A program made the translations under genes and the position numbers. A stretch of DNA of 56,406 bases, filler included, from Bipalium vagum (lineage: Eukaryota): NCBI GenBank assembly GCA_037834085.1. It is 3 parts of 3 records of this genome, joined end to end, with 100 filler letters (N's around TTAATTAATTAA, not from the genome) between each part and the next. Parts side by side here need not be neighbours in the genome. Positions count along the whole stretch, not along the records: positions 1 to 18,041 come from JBBMKC010043230.1; 2 more parts are not named here. One strand, given 5' to 3'. Below are positions 1 to 13,223 of the stretch, piece by piece. Every line of letters begins with the position of its first letter. Positions within the stretch are counted from its first letter, which is position 1. The notes under the pieces are model-generated. The model did not search any database and had not been told where the DNA came from. It saw only the letters and a program-made list of their open reading frames with translations.

Positions 1-2209
1 TTTTTGAAAAAGTAGTCAAAACTGACTCCTTGGATGTTATAGGTATATAATTTCCTCGGATGTTCTAGTGTTAAAAATCTTGTGAAATATAATATTTTAG
101 ACCATTAATAATCGAGAAATTATATATCATTATTTTCAAGCCGTAATATAGATGTCATGTATTTATTTAATTCAGTGGGAAATATCATTGGACTTAGAAG
201 AGTATAAAACTGAGCAGATCATATTTCGAATTTATATAAGATTCATAAATTTTTCAGTAAATAAAAAATCTATCCTTTCAAGATATGGTGTAATAACCCT
301 TGCTGAAACATTTACATCTGAATCAATAATGTCCGTCAAAGTCTCAATACATTATCTCAGTTATTGTTCTGTTTTCTTTTTTCCAATACTACAGCCTTAC
401 TTCAATTGGAGGTGAAAACTCAATGGTTTTATTTTTGTGAAAAACAATAAAATTTTACTCTTAATAAGTTATTACATTTTATTGTTAAATCATAGCATGT
501 ACGAGCACAATCATCGATAGTATAGGTTTTAGCATCACGGTTATATCTTCAATTGGCTTAATGTCAAAACGTCAAAAAATAGAAATTCATGATTTGTTTT
601 TGTAGATTTAGACCTTGATTCAAAATTGGAATGTCCATTGGAATAGAAATGTGATCATAACATTCTTGGTTTTATTCTTATCAAATTATATTCACAAAGA
701 ATAAGATGAATAAAAATTCATGTTTTAGAGATATTATCCTTAAAAGTTACACATATTTAGGAAATAAGCTAAAATAAAAGTTAGGGAAAGGCAACGAGTA
801 AAATGTAAAGAAATAAATACTAAATTAGAAGGTTTTTATTTTTTGGGAAATGAAGCCAATTAACAATATAAAAACTCAATTACTTTATTTTAACAAACGA
901 TTGGTAGACCCTTACTCCTTTGGTCCTTATTGTTGTTTGGTTTACCCATAACACCCACCCGTCTCAAATGAAAATTGTAAAAACTGTGTTCAAAATAATA
1001 ATAATAATAATAATAATTAAGTAGGTATTTGTGTTTCTTGACACGATATTGTTAACTATTGTGTTCGATTGATTATTAAAGACAATGGCAGACAGTTCAG
1101 ATCTTATTGTGATTCCCTTCTCTTGAGTTTGACGATTCTGTGTTATTGTTATCATTATGTGATTTTGTGTGAAGCTTGTGTTATAAATACAAGTTATTGC
1201 TTTACTGATTGTTATTATTTTTGCACCACCTAAGAGTTGGAGTCAGGTTTAATTTTGATACACTAAATAGTGAACAATGTTTTAAAACTACATGATAAAT
1301 ATTACTGATCAAGCCCCATATTCACTATAAAAGGCAAAAAATACCACTTCGTAATTACCTTGTTAGTATCATAAACAGATTATCGACAATAAGACTGAGA
1401 AAAGGGTTAGCATCAGTGTCCTCCGGATGAAGATACTTATAACATGGAGGCTTAAGAAATAATGCAATTTCTATGAATAAAATTATTTATTAGCCTTTTT
1501 ATACTATTCCAAAGACCTTTAGATCAAGGTAGAATATTCACAAAATCTTAACCTATCAAAGATGAACAAAAATAAAATGCAAAAGTATATTTTTAAACGT
1601 CTAAAAATATAAAGAAAAAATTCATTTCGAAAAAAAGAAAGTGAAAACTATCGACAAATAGGTATTATCAGAATCTTTGAAATCCAACTTGGTATGATTT
1701 CACTAATATGTTTAAAACTAAAAATCCTCAAGAGCGTTTATAATCAATGATGAAACCATTCGACTTGAAAAAATATACCTCTTCAATGGACAGGGTTTTT
1801 TTGGTTTTTAGTTGCACCTTCAATCAATGAGATCGTTAACAGAAGATTTGTTTGGTTGAAATTTTTCTATTAGATAAGCAAAGAATTGGAAGAAAATAGA
1901 GAATTTTATTAATTTGATTATTTATACTTATACTTGATTCAGATGTCGATATATGTTACGACAGTCCGTTCGAGATTGATAGTGAAAAATGAATCGATAT
2001 TTGTTAAATGGGGAAATAGCAATCAGTTTTCCTATCTGCAGATCTCTATAACCATATGAATTAATGCATTATTAAAACGTTTTCCAATCTCTCCCATTGG
2101 GTACTTCTGTAAGCTAATCACAATGTATGTCCTGCATTATTTTTCGCTCTCAGCATATTTTCATACTTTTTTCATAATTTCTCAGGTCCATTCACAAGCT
2201 TAAGTTCTT

Positions 2210-2836
2210 ATGAGACGACAGTCTTTTCAATCGACACTTCCCATCTTCGAGTTTTCCGAAAGTACGACCGATTGCACTCATTCCGTTTCGAAAATGGGAA
2301 AACTTTTTTTACGTGAATATCGATCGGATTTCCTACTTCCTTGTCAGACTCATATTGCTATTACCAGACAGGAAATTTCCCAACCCGTAAAGCAATTAAG
2401 AGTTGTATCGGTTGATCTTGTCGTGGGATATACGGATCTCAGTTTACGATATGAACCGTCCATTTGTTGTAAATTAGAGCACCATCTGGAAGATGATATT
2501 TGGGCAGAAATAATGGTTCAGTATGACAAATCAAACGACCGAGAACTGCTCTGTCAGTTGGAAGAAGGCTGCTGTAATAATCCGGAACTATATCAAATAT
2601 CGAGAGTTGAAAAACAAAAAAATAGACATGTTATCATCGAAATGCAGCCGAAACCGGTATTTAAAGTTATAAATATTACTGGAAGAAACAGTTTAGATTC
2701 GTGTGGAACCAACCATACAGAACTGTCAAATCTTTCTGATTTAATTTTCCATGAGAATCATTTCATAGACAACGATTTACAATCCGAATATAGTCTCAGT
2801 ACCTCTGATTCAAAGACCGATATTGATAGTAAATAA
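2210..2836 (+). CDS. Hypothetical 208-aa protein with no recognisable family
   Basis: 627-nt ORF with raised GC in very AT-rich DNA. In-frame TAA at 2201 precedes the ATG. Pyrimidine tract plus CTCAG acceptor at 2181-2185. A probable upstream exon lies at about 1943-2100. Confidence 0.6.
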   Translation: MRRQSFQSTLPIFEFSESTTDCTHSVSKMGKLFLREYRSDFLLPCQTHIAITRQEISQPVKQLRVVSVDLVVGYTDLSLRYEPSICCKLEHHLEDDIWAEIMVQYDKSNDRELLCQLEEGCCNNPELYQISRVEKQKNRHVIIEMQPKPVFKVINITGRNSLDSCGTNHTELSNLSDLIFHENHFIDNDLQSEYSLSTSDSKTDIDSK

Positions 2837-3070
2837 TAATATAAATTTCCTACACCTTACATCCGTTCATATCATTAATATAAAGCTTTGGGGTTACATG
2901 AACACAGTTGAAATGTCTTACTAAAATGTTTGTTATGATTCCTCCAACAATTATTAAAATGGGAAATTTAAAAAAGTTAAATTGGGAGTTTTTCTGATTT
3001 ATTGATATTTATATTTTATTACATTTAGCATTCTCCTTTTATTTTATCTTAGTTAGGTCATAAAAATTGT

Positions 3071-3820
3071 GGTTGTCACAAAATTTATTTAGATTTCAAA
3101 AAAATATATTTTTAGGTAAAAGTTTATTTTTGTTTTTTTGTTTTAATTTAGAGAAATTAGAAAATCTTAATTATTAAAATATATTTATATTTCTTTTATT
3201 CATTCATATTTTATTATTTATATTTCTAAAAAATATTTTATATATTTTTATCAATGTGAGAAATAAATTTTAATTAATTTAAAAAAATATATTTATAACT
3301 ATTTTAAAGAAAAATTTTTAAGTAATAATTATATATTAACATGTAATCTTTAATGTAAAATAAATGTCTTAAATAATCTTTAATAATTAAAATACATTTA
3401 GAGTATTTTATATATAATTTAGGTTGTTACAAAATTTATTTAGATTTCAATGATATATTTTAGGTAAACGTTTATTTTTGATTTTTGATTTTAATTTAGA
3501 GAAATTAAAAAATCTTAATTATTAAATACATTTATATTATATTTTTATGCATATTTATTTTTTTATTAATTCGTATTTCATTATTTATATATATTGATTT
3601 ATTATATGTTCTCAATAATTCAATAATAAAATTTCTAAATTTATTTTAGTAACATATCAAACAGGATGATATCAAATTCTTTGAAATTGAAATTTTCGAT
3701 AATAAATTATTATTTATATTTCTAAAAAATATTTTATATATATTTTTATCAATGTGAGAAATAAATTTTAATTAATGTTAAATAAAAAATATTTTATAAA
3801 TATTTTAAAGAAAAGGTTTT
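3071..3820. repeat. Diverged tandem duplication of a ~250-bp AT-rich block
   Basis: GGTTGT(C/T)ACAAAATTTATTTAGATTTCAA... at 3071 and 3422. TTATTATTTATATTTCTAAAAAATATTTTATATA...TCAATGTGAGAAATAAATTTTAATTAAT at 3211 and 3707. The second copy has a longer spacer between the two halves. Confidence 0.85.
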
Positions 3821-3999
3821 AAATAAAATAATAAAATCTAAAATAATTTTTAAAAATACAAAAGTACATTTAAATAATAACAATAATAAATAATTACAGG
3901 GTTTAACATTTTATTTCAAATATTTAATACTCAATTTAATTTTTTCACAAAAAATGTTAATCTTCCGTAATAATTTCCCTTTTTTTGCATTTCGGAAGA

Positions 4000-4480
4000 A
4001 ATCCAAGCATTTGTCGAAAATCATCAGCGGTAATTGTTACATTTTCAATTAATTCAAATAGGCGCTTTTTGATATCTCATTTTTCTCGTCGGACGCATTG
4101 TTTCCATTTGGAAAACATGTTCTCAATAGGATTGAGGAACGGGGAATATGAAGGTAAAAGTTAAAGATTTTTTTTCTCAATCAATTCTTTGACCACTTTA
4201 CATTTATGGAATGGCACATTATCCATAATAATTTTTTGATTTTCCGGTTCTTTCAGTTTCAATTTGTTACATTAGGGAAGAAATGAAAGCAGTGAAAGTA
4301 CTTGAATTGTAAGCGGTTGTCTGCGTATTATAATTAGTAATTCCAAATTTGGTAATGACACTAATTGATAATATAAATTAATCTCAATAAAAATTTTAGA
4401 TAATTATTTTTTAAAATAAATAATAAAAGGAAGACACTTTTTCAACCACCCAGTGATTTTCATCAAATACATATTATACT
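4000..4480 (-). mobile_element. IS630/Tc1-type transposase remnant
   Basis: Minus strand reads IMDNVPFHKCKVVKELIE and, after a frameshift, LPSYSPFLNPIENMFSKWKQCVRR (second D and catalytic E motifs). Confidence 0.8.
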
Positions 4481-6167
4481 CAATCTTGACTTAAGGAATT
4501 CCGAAAGTGCAGTTAATCAATATATAAAGTATTAATATAACATTATTATTTATTTTCTGTAATAATTTTTGAAATAATTTAATAATCATTATTTATTACA
4601 TTAGTTCCAAGCTTGTAATACGTTCACGTAAATCTAGGGAAAAAATTGACGTATGATGATTCCATGGAGCCTTGACTTGAAAAACTTTGACACAAGAGCT
4701 ATAGTTCTTAAGATCGATCTTCATCGATAATCGTGGGTTATCAATCACTGCAATTAACTTGAAAAATGAAAAAAAAACGAATTTTAATGTATTTATAGAT
4801 TGTTAGGTTCCTTAGACATTTGATTTATAGTAACAATTAAATTCTGTAGTTTAAAGATTTATTCGTCATTTTATAAAAGAGATATTATTTAAGTTCTTCT
4901 TCAAATTATATATGCAAATAAAATACTCCTATTGTGATTATTCACATGGAATTTCTACTGCCCATCACTTAGCAACTGAAGCATCTGGAAAAGTCTAGAG
5001 AAATCACTTTTCTTTTCCCATTTTCAATAATAAAAATTTTGGATTGACACTGGAATATTGCTGGACTTAAGTACTGTGAAATGATGGGACAGGCTTGTTC
5101 TAGAAAAATTTCAGTACACTTTACAATAAAAACTCTTTCTATGAATATGTCCCGAATGAATGAGAAAATTTGTTTTGGGAATGAGTTCAGTTCTGCTTTC
5201 GTTATTAATTCACTAAAATTAATTATAATTTGATTATGATTTAGATTCAGAAAGTACGATTTGGTTTGATTCAGTTTTGGGTTGATGGTTATTTGGTAAA
5301 AATGTATTGGCCTATAAATACATTAATAAAAAAATTAATTTCTTTCCCCTACCAGATTGTCATTTTTGATAGCTTGCTCCGAGAAAATAAAGAATTCGAA
5401 ATATTAAGGACTGAAATCAAACGTATTTGGCTCTCGTTTAATTTGATTAATTTTTCGTAAAAAAAATTGATTTTCAGCCCTTCTTTATCATCAAAAATAT
5501 TATGTTTATAATTTTATAAGCCAAGTCCCCGAAACGGGTAAAGACATTATTCAAAAATTAATGGTTAAAATGTTATTATCATACTCTTTAAAGTTTATTT
5601 ACAAAACTTTATAGAATGGGTCATGAAACAATATTCATTTAATGAAAAAGAAATGGAACTGAAAGAGAGACTTGTAAGAAAACAAAATCTATTCAAGATC
5701 TTCATGACATGTTGTAATTTAGGTCTAACCGAGTACTAAGTTGGCTCATAACCACAAGGTCTTATTACCTACTCTGAGACTGATAAAAATAATAATGATG
5801 TTGATGATGATGATGATGACGTGGATAAAAAGTCCTTTGATTCGTGATACTTAGTTGAGAAATTTTATTTACAACAAATGAACTGTATGGTTAAGCAACA
5901 ATATCATTGTTCTATAAAACCGTCTTCTTTCTCCAGACAGATCGCCCTTCAATTTACTAATAATTCAAAAAGCCAATTTTCGAAGAAAGATGTATCCTTT
6001 TCATTGAAAAAATCTTTCACTAGTTCTATGAAATCAACTCTGAATTTTATTTTCCAGTGATAGCACTGAAAATATCGTGAGTTAATTTCACTTTTACTGA
6101 GAGAAAAACTTTGAGATTGAAATATTTATTTTTCAAATAATCAAGTGACTCTTCAAATTTGTTAATA

Positions 6168-7468
6168 CAGTGGGGAGCATAATGATAGGAATACCCATAC
6201 TTTTTACAAGATCTATATGGAAAACTTATGATCAGATTAATTTCTTTTGACAAATAGTATTTCTAATTTAAACGTGTTTAAACTATCAATTAATTAAAAA
6301 ATAAAAATCCTGTAATAAAAAATTTGAAAAAAAATTGGTCGATTTTTGTGGTACAAAGTAATAGGAACATCTTATAAAAATGCTTATTAAATTTGATGTT
6401 TATTAACAAAACATTAAATATGTCGTTTAAGTAATTAAGAAACACGTTTATCTTTCAAATGGGACCAAATTCTTTTCTAAATGATTTTGAAAAAGGCCAA
6501 ATAACAGCCTATAAGGACATGGGAAAAATTTACAATAAAATTTTAAGAATTCTAAGGCGATTTGTTAATGTCATTGAAAATTTCCTGCTTAATCTTTCGG
6601 AATACGGCACCTGGTCGTCCAAGCTATCAGAACGATCTGAGCACCGTATAGTGAACTATGCTTCCAAATCCGCAATTTCCCGCAAGCAAATTAACAAAGA
6701 TTTAGATCTCAACGTCTTGATGGACCAGATAGTTTTTGGAGGGATTTAAGGAAGGAAGAGCTGTCAAAAAACAAAAGAAACTTCGGAGGGGATCGGTAAT
6801 ATTGATGATGGGAAAAATTCCTATAGTCTTCATTTCAACAATAATGAACAATACGAGTTACCAACAGGTATTAGAATTTAATTTATTGCCCTTTATTAGA
6901 TCAAATCTTTCAACAAGACAATGCATCAGTGCATGTCAGTAAAAGCACTACGGACTTGTTAACAGCAAAAAATATTAACCGATTACAATGGCCTGCTTTT
7001 TCTTCAGACTTAAATCCCATCGAAAATGTGTGGGGATTTATTACAAGAGCTGTATATAACCACAATATGCAGTTTTCGACGAGGAAAGAGCTAAAACAAG
7101 TCATCACTCGTGCCTGGAACAATCTGGACCAAGGCACTCAGAAATTATTTTAAGAGTATGCCCAATCGAATTTTTGAGGTTATTCATGTTACATGTACAA
7201 GTTATCAGATGCTTTATTTTAATAAATATTTATCGTTTAAATTAAATTTGTCCTTACTATTCCTATCATTTTGCACCATTGATTTTGACCATTTTTTACA
7301 AACACGTCCAAAATTATCGAAATATTTATTAAAGTATCAATTTCTTTTGCCTTGTCGTCTTTAATGCTTGCCATCCCATATAAAAATTATACATCTACTT
7401 AAGTCATTATCTTAGATCGGCTATTTTCATCAAAAATATGGGAATTCTTATCATTATGCCCCCCACTG
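6168..7468 (+). mobile_element. Degenerate Tc3-like (Tc1/mariner) DNA transposon with long IR/DR-type TIRs
   Basis: TA|CAGTGGGGAGCATAATGATAGGAATACCCATA at 6168 is the inverted match of TATGGGAATTCTTATCATTATGCCCCCCACTG ending 7468. Fragments MGPNSFLNDFEKGQI, LDGPDSFWRDLRKE..KRNFGG and FQQDNASVH...WPAFSSDLNPIENVWG resemble C. elegans Tc3. Frameshifted. Confidence 0.9.
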
Positions 7469-8656
7469 CATATATAAGATAGGTAAAAGTTTATCATGAA
7501 AATATCAGATCACACCTATCTAATGTGGTATTTCCAGTTCGGAATACAGTACATCAAGAACCTATATATTAAACTTTCACTAAATTTTCATTAGGAGTCC
7601 AGGTCTTACAAAAAGGTTATTTCAAATAAGTGATAAAACGTGTAGATGTTATTATATTTTATAAATAATATTTATCTGATGACGTTATATTTTGATCACT
7701 TGGAACGGTGCTTTAGTGAGTAAATGTCATATCAAACTGCAGACCCAGGACAAAATATCAAAATCCTACATTAATCAAAATTTTGCACGTTTTTTTAAAA
7801 AATATTTGTCTTGTGTCTGATAAATCATTTACTCAGCTCTAGAGTTTAAAATGTACATTTTTCGTTTTTTTAACTTTCATTTTCATATAATATATATAGT
7901 TTTAAAATCAAAATGAAAATTATTTTATATTCCAATACGATTTTAAGATTTTGAGAAAATTTTTATTGGAAAAATATTGATTTATTATTTTTATTAAATT
8001 TGTCCAACATTTCATTTTCTGTAAAATTTATTCTATAATTTTTTCAGTTATTCTCTGTTACATCTATTCCAACATTGAAAGAAATTATTTAACTCTTTTT
8101 AGAGTAAATTTTTCTAGAAAATTCTGGTATTAAAAATTTTAACAAAAAAATGAAATAAATAATGAACCGAATTAAAAATAAAATAAGAGATTTTTTACGA
8201 ATCTAATATTATTTTCTTCAAGTAGACCTTGTGTAATCAAAACTTTGTGGTTCACGAAAAATTAATAATAATATAAATTAATCATTAAAAATAAACAAAA
8301 TTGATTTTATCTTTTTGAAAATTTTCGATAAATGCTCTATTTTATTAATTTTTAATAATGGAATGTGTGTACTGCATTTAAAAAGGCACAACAAAAATTT
8401 AATTGAATAATAAAAATTTCAATAAATAAAACAATAGATGTGCAAAAACCAAACCTTGTGAACATTTTTCGATTTTTAAATAATTCGTTTCTAAAATTAT
8501 TGATTAATGTATACAAATAAATTGTGATTTTTAAAAGTACTGAATATAAAAGAAAAACAGTTTTCAAAAAATATTATTTAATTAATTTTTTCTAAAATTA
8601 AATATAAAATAAAAAATTTATATAATTTTTGAAAAATATTATATTTTATTATATTA

Positions 8657-9847
8657 CTAAGTTGTAAAGAAATAAATGGTGGTTTCTCGCATTGAACTCC
8701 AATGAAAAAATCACAGCTTAAAAACAATTTTATTATGTATCAAAAAGAAATATTACAACAGCACACATTTCTCCCAACGAGTCACAAACTTATTTATCCG
8801 GATTCGATAAAATCTGGAGTTCTAGATGTTACAAAATCTTCAAAGGCTTTAATGACAGCATCATTATTGGGGAATGTTCTCTCGTAGAAGAGCTTGTCCA
8901 AATATCTGAAGAAATAATATTCAGTGATTGAGAGGTCTAATGAGTAGGCTGGGTGAGGAGGCCTTATCGTGGAGAAACAATGGGCATTTTCTATTGACCA
9001 AAACAGGTTAGATACACTTCAGTTTTTGATACATTTCTTCAATTTCCACAATACTTTTCGGCGGTAATTGTTTGACCACATTTCAAAAATTTATAATTGA
9101 TCAAATCAGTGGAGCATCACCAAACAGTCAGCTAAACTTTCGATGGTACAATTTAGATTTAGGAAAAGGTTTAGAAGTTTCATATCTATCGAACCACTGC
9201 TGAGAACGTTGGAGGATTATTTTTCATAACATGTCACAATGCGATAGAAGAAATATTCCTTCTTGTTGCGCAAAAGGAGTGCTGATGACACCTCAAAACG
9301 ACATAATTTTTACTTTTCTGTCAAATCATGTGGAACCCATTTGTCGAGTTTCTTTGATTGTCCTATTTCTCGCAGATGGTTGGAAACAGTCACTAACAAA
9401 CACCTACTGCACAGCTAAGCACTTGAACATTTGTACACGGACCAGTCTCAACCAATGTGTTCAAATCGTCATTGGAGATGATAGATTTTCTTTCTTTACC
9501 ATCTTTATCTTGCATTTCTTCATTTTTCATCCTTAAATCTCTGAAACCAGTGTTGAGCCTACATTTATTAGTCGTACCTTCCTCAAATATGCAGTTCAGA
9601 TTTCGAGCGGTTTGTGCAGCATTACAAGCAATTTTGTAATCATAAAGGAACGCTGCTCTAATTTTGATCTCGTTCATTTCGTTTTCAAATGTCTAAACAT
9701 TTTTAGATAATTTTTCTTTACAAAAAAATGTGTTGAAATATTTTTTAAAAAGATGTTGCCTTAAAATATAAACAAATTTATATTAATTAAACAAAATTTC
9801 ATTTAAAAATTCATAATACAAAAATGAAGTCATAAAAACTACCATTC
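8657..9847 (-). mobile_element. Degenerate mariner (Hsmar1/cecropia-like); 5' TIR runs into an assembly gap
   Basis: MNEIKIRAAFLYDYKIACNAAQTARNLN N-terminus, WVPHDL and HPAYSLDLS motifs on minus. TIR TA|CTAAGTTG...AAATGGTGGTTT at 8657 matches AAAACTACCATTC just before the N run. Confidence 0.85.
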
Positions 9848-9985
9848 NNNNNNNNNNNNNNNNNNNNNNNNNNNNNNNNNNNNNNNNNNNNNNNNNNNNN
9901 NNNNNNNNNNNNNNNNNNNNNNNNNNNNNNNNNNNNNNNNNNNNNNNNNNNNNNNNNNNNNNNNNNNNNNNNNNNNNNNNNNNNN
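9848..9985. other. Scaffold gap (138 N)
   Basis: Plain N run without a linker sequence. Confidence 0.98.
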
Positions 9986-10078
9986 TAGTAATTGTTAAAA
10001 GTTGTGTGAATTATAAATTGTCAGTCATTATATAATTAATTAAATAGGTCAGATTTATATAATCAAAATTGAAATTTA

Positions 10079-10110
<32 letters not shown>

Positions 10111-12110
10111 GTTGGTTATAAAAAACATTACCAATAATTCATAAAATAAAATGAAAAACTAAGAATATTCTTCTGTAATTATGTTATGCCTTTCTGCTCA
10201 ATTTTAAATTCATTACACTTTATATATCTTAACCATTACTGTAAAAGCTCAATTTTATGTTAATTGAATTTTCCTCTGCCAGGACGATCCACTTCAAATA
10301 TTCTCCTATCAAAGCAGTTAAATGATAAAATTATATTATATATATAAATAATGCTGATTTAAATATCAAAATTAAAATAATTATTTTTTATTATTGTTTA
10401 GTTTTTATAGATTGGCTTAAATGATTGATAAAATTAATAAATGTAATTTTGTTGGATTTGAGCTCTCTTTCGTAAAACTTAGGAAATTATTCAGTCAATA
10501 TAGATAATGTTGATAATTCGGTTTTTTGCGCATAAAATATTAAAACAAATTATATATAGAACCCCTACAAGAGTCTTTTTTCTGCCGACTTAAATATTTG
10601 CTAAAGGTAAATATTGGATCTGTTAATTGATTTTGTGTAATTTCACATTTGATTTTAATTGTTGCTTTTGGACTCTGGTCTATTTTTTTTATCAATATTG
10701 CTGATATATTGTTGATCAATATTTTCAATAAAAAACATTCTTTAAATAATTGATATATTGGATATCGAGAAAGGGATTAAAACAATAACGATTGAACAAC
10801 ATTTTCATTTTCATAGTGCTTTAGTTTTATGCAGAAAAGTTCTTAATATTTTAATTATGTAAAAAATATTTCCATTTTTAATGGATAAACCCCATGTAAA
10901 CTTGTAAAAGAAAATGTTATATTCAAGCAATATCTTTCGTAAGTTTAATTCAACATAACCAGTATCAATTATTATTAATTATTAATAATTATAAAGAATA
11001 CATTAATTATTATTATTATTATTTTTTTTTTTTAATTATATAAATTTTAAAAAATGAAAATTAATAAAACTTTAATTTTTTTAAAATTCCTGAAAGCAGG
11101 AAAACAATATTCGTTTGAACTTTTTATTTAACTTAAATTATACGAAATTTATTTTATTCTTTTGTTGTTTATTCACCTGCTTATTTTTTATATTAAGCTG
11201 CATGAAAATTTTCTAAGCGGAATCTTTGTGAGTTGTGTTTCCTAACTTTAGACAGGTTTTTTCCGCACTTGAAAGCTAATTATAAATATTTTTCTAAATA
11301 TTATTTATTTTCAGACTTCAAAATATATCAGTTAATTGGTGTAAAATTTCCATTACTTTCTAATTAATGAGGTATTTAAAGAATTTTAAATCCCTGTGAA
11401 ATAGAAATAAAAGTCATTATACACTCTTTTATATTATAAAATAATGGCTTGGTTTAAATAAGACCAAAATCTGTTGAAACTGATTTCTGACTTTTTGCAA
11501 TAAAACTTTGATTAAGCTTTGTCAATGTCTTAAGAGGTTCGACCATTCTCTTAATTTATTATTTAAGGTTACTATTTACATATCACGAAAAGTAATACTT
11601 TGATATAAAACATTAATTATATTTAATTTTTATTAATTAATTAATTTTTATAATTAAAAATTAAACTTATTTTAAAAAGAACTACCAATTTTAAATTGGT
11701 GTGCTTTTACTGTAAATTATTAATAAATACAAAATAATTTATATTTAATATAAATACATTTATCCTAGATTCTTTTAGGAATTTTTACAGATTTCAAATT
11801 AGTTACTCTCAAAAATAGACATATAATAATTGACAGTTTGACTGTCCAATAACATATAACCAATAACATATAAAAATGATACAATAAAATATATGAACAA
11901 TATAACAATTAGAGCAAATAAAAAACACAATAGAACAAAAATATAGATTTATAATTTATTTCTTAATAAAATAATTAATTATTTTCCCGACAAATTGTTT
12001 CTTTTTCAATCCAATCGTTTTTTTTTTAATTCCTAAAAGTCATTAATTGCCTCGGGTACAATTTGACGTACAGTCTTTCAAATTACTCGTTACGTTTTGT
12101 AAATCATCTA

Positions 12111-13223
12111 TTAGGTTGTATTAAAAGTTTCCGTGATTTTGATAGTTTAATTTTCTTTTATCAAAGAATATTTTTAAAAATGTGATATCATTGATTTTTC
12201 ACTATCAAACCATATTTGTAAGTTTTGTATAATAAACATATCAATGCATTTATTTGAATTTATTATTATAATGAAATGAATTTAAAAAATTCCAATTCGA
12301 GGTTTGATACATTATTATTGGAAAAGAGAATTTAGTATTGCTACAACCATGAGAACTATTTGTAATACTGAAGAAGAAGATATCGTTTCAGATTTATTCA
12401 AAAAGTCTGAAAACGACGATACTATTCTCGGAGATCAGCCCCGCCAAGGAATACCTCCTGTAATAAATGAAAGGACTGTGCACGAACCATTAATTAATCA
12501 TATACATGAATCCACGAGCGATTTAAACGTTGGCTGAACTGTAAAACCCATTAATCTTTACCTTAAACTTGGATACAACTATAGGCGACCTGTATTAGAC
12601 TCATATGAGTTATTTAAGAGCACCTGAAAATCAATTTTAAAAATCTTCTGCAAAATCCTACAGTTGACCGCTTTTGGCGCCGCGTTGTTACTACAGATTA
12701 AAAATGGATGTATTTCATTAATTAAGGGAAAAGCTAATATTGGATGTTACATGACCAATCTCCTGCAAAGTGTCCAAAATAATGGATTTGTGAAAAGGTA
12801 ATAATCATTGTTTGGGAGAGTTATGAAAATGTCATCCATTTTGAGTTTTTGGCACAATATTATCCTTCAACATGATAATGCCCAACCGCATTCCGCTAAA
12901 CTCACCAAAATGACCATCCAGGAGCTCTGTTGGGAGATGCTTCTTACCGGACTCGCACCATCCGACTACGTCTTATTTTGATCACTTTCAAATAAGTTGA
13001 GCGGCAAATTATTTGAAAACGAAAGAGAATTAGAAATTTAGCTTGTCAAATAGTTTGCCTCAAGAGATTTGTCTTTTTACCACCGTGGAATTTAAAAACT
13101 TGGGAATTGCTGGCAAGAAGTAATTACGAAGGAAGGAGAATATATCACTGAATAATTTGGTCAAAAATATTTTTGGTGTTGTAAATAAATTCAAAAAACG
13201 GAATGAACGTATTCCTCACATAA
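12111..13223 (+). mobile_element. Degenerate mariner transposon
   Basis: Starts TA|TTAGGTTG. Fragments WRRVVTTD*KWMY, VIHFEFL, ILQHDNAQPH and GLAPSDYVLF. The ends match each other poorly, so the boundaries are approximate. Confidence 0.8.

Noticed and set aside
152-1155. Short ORFs of 63-87 aa, and similar Ile/Phe/Lys/Tyr-rich ORFs elsewhere (e.g. 13396-13791, 30313-30621, 50980-51279)
   Set aside because: Composition reflects AT-rich or microsatellite DNA; no coding signal.
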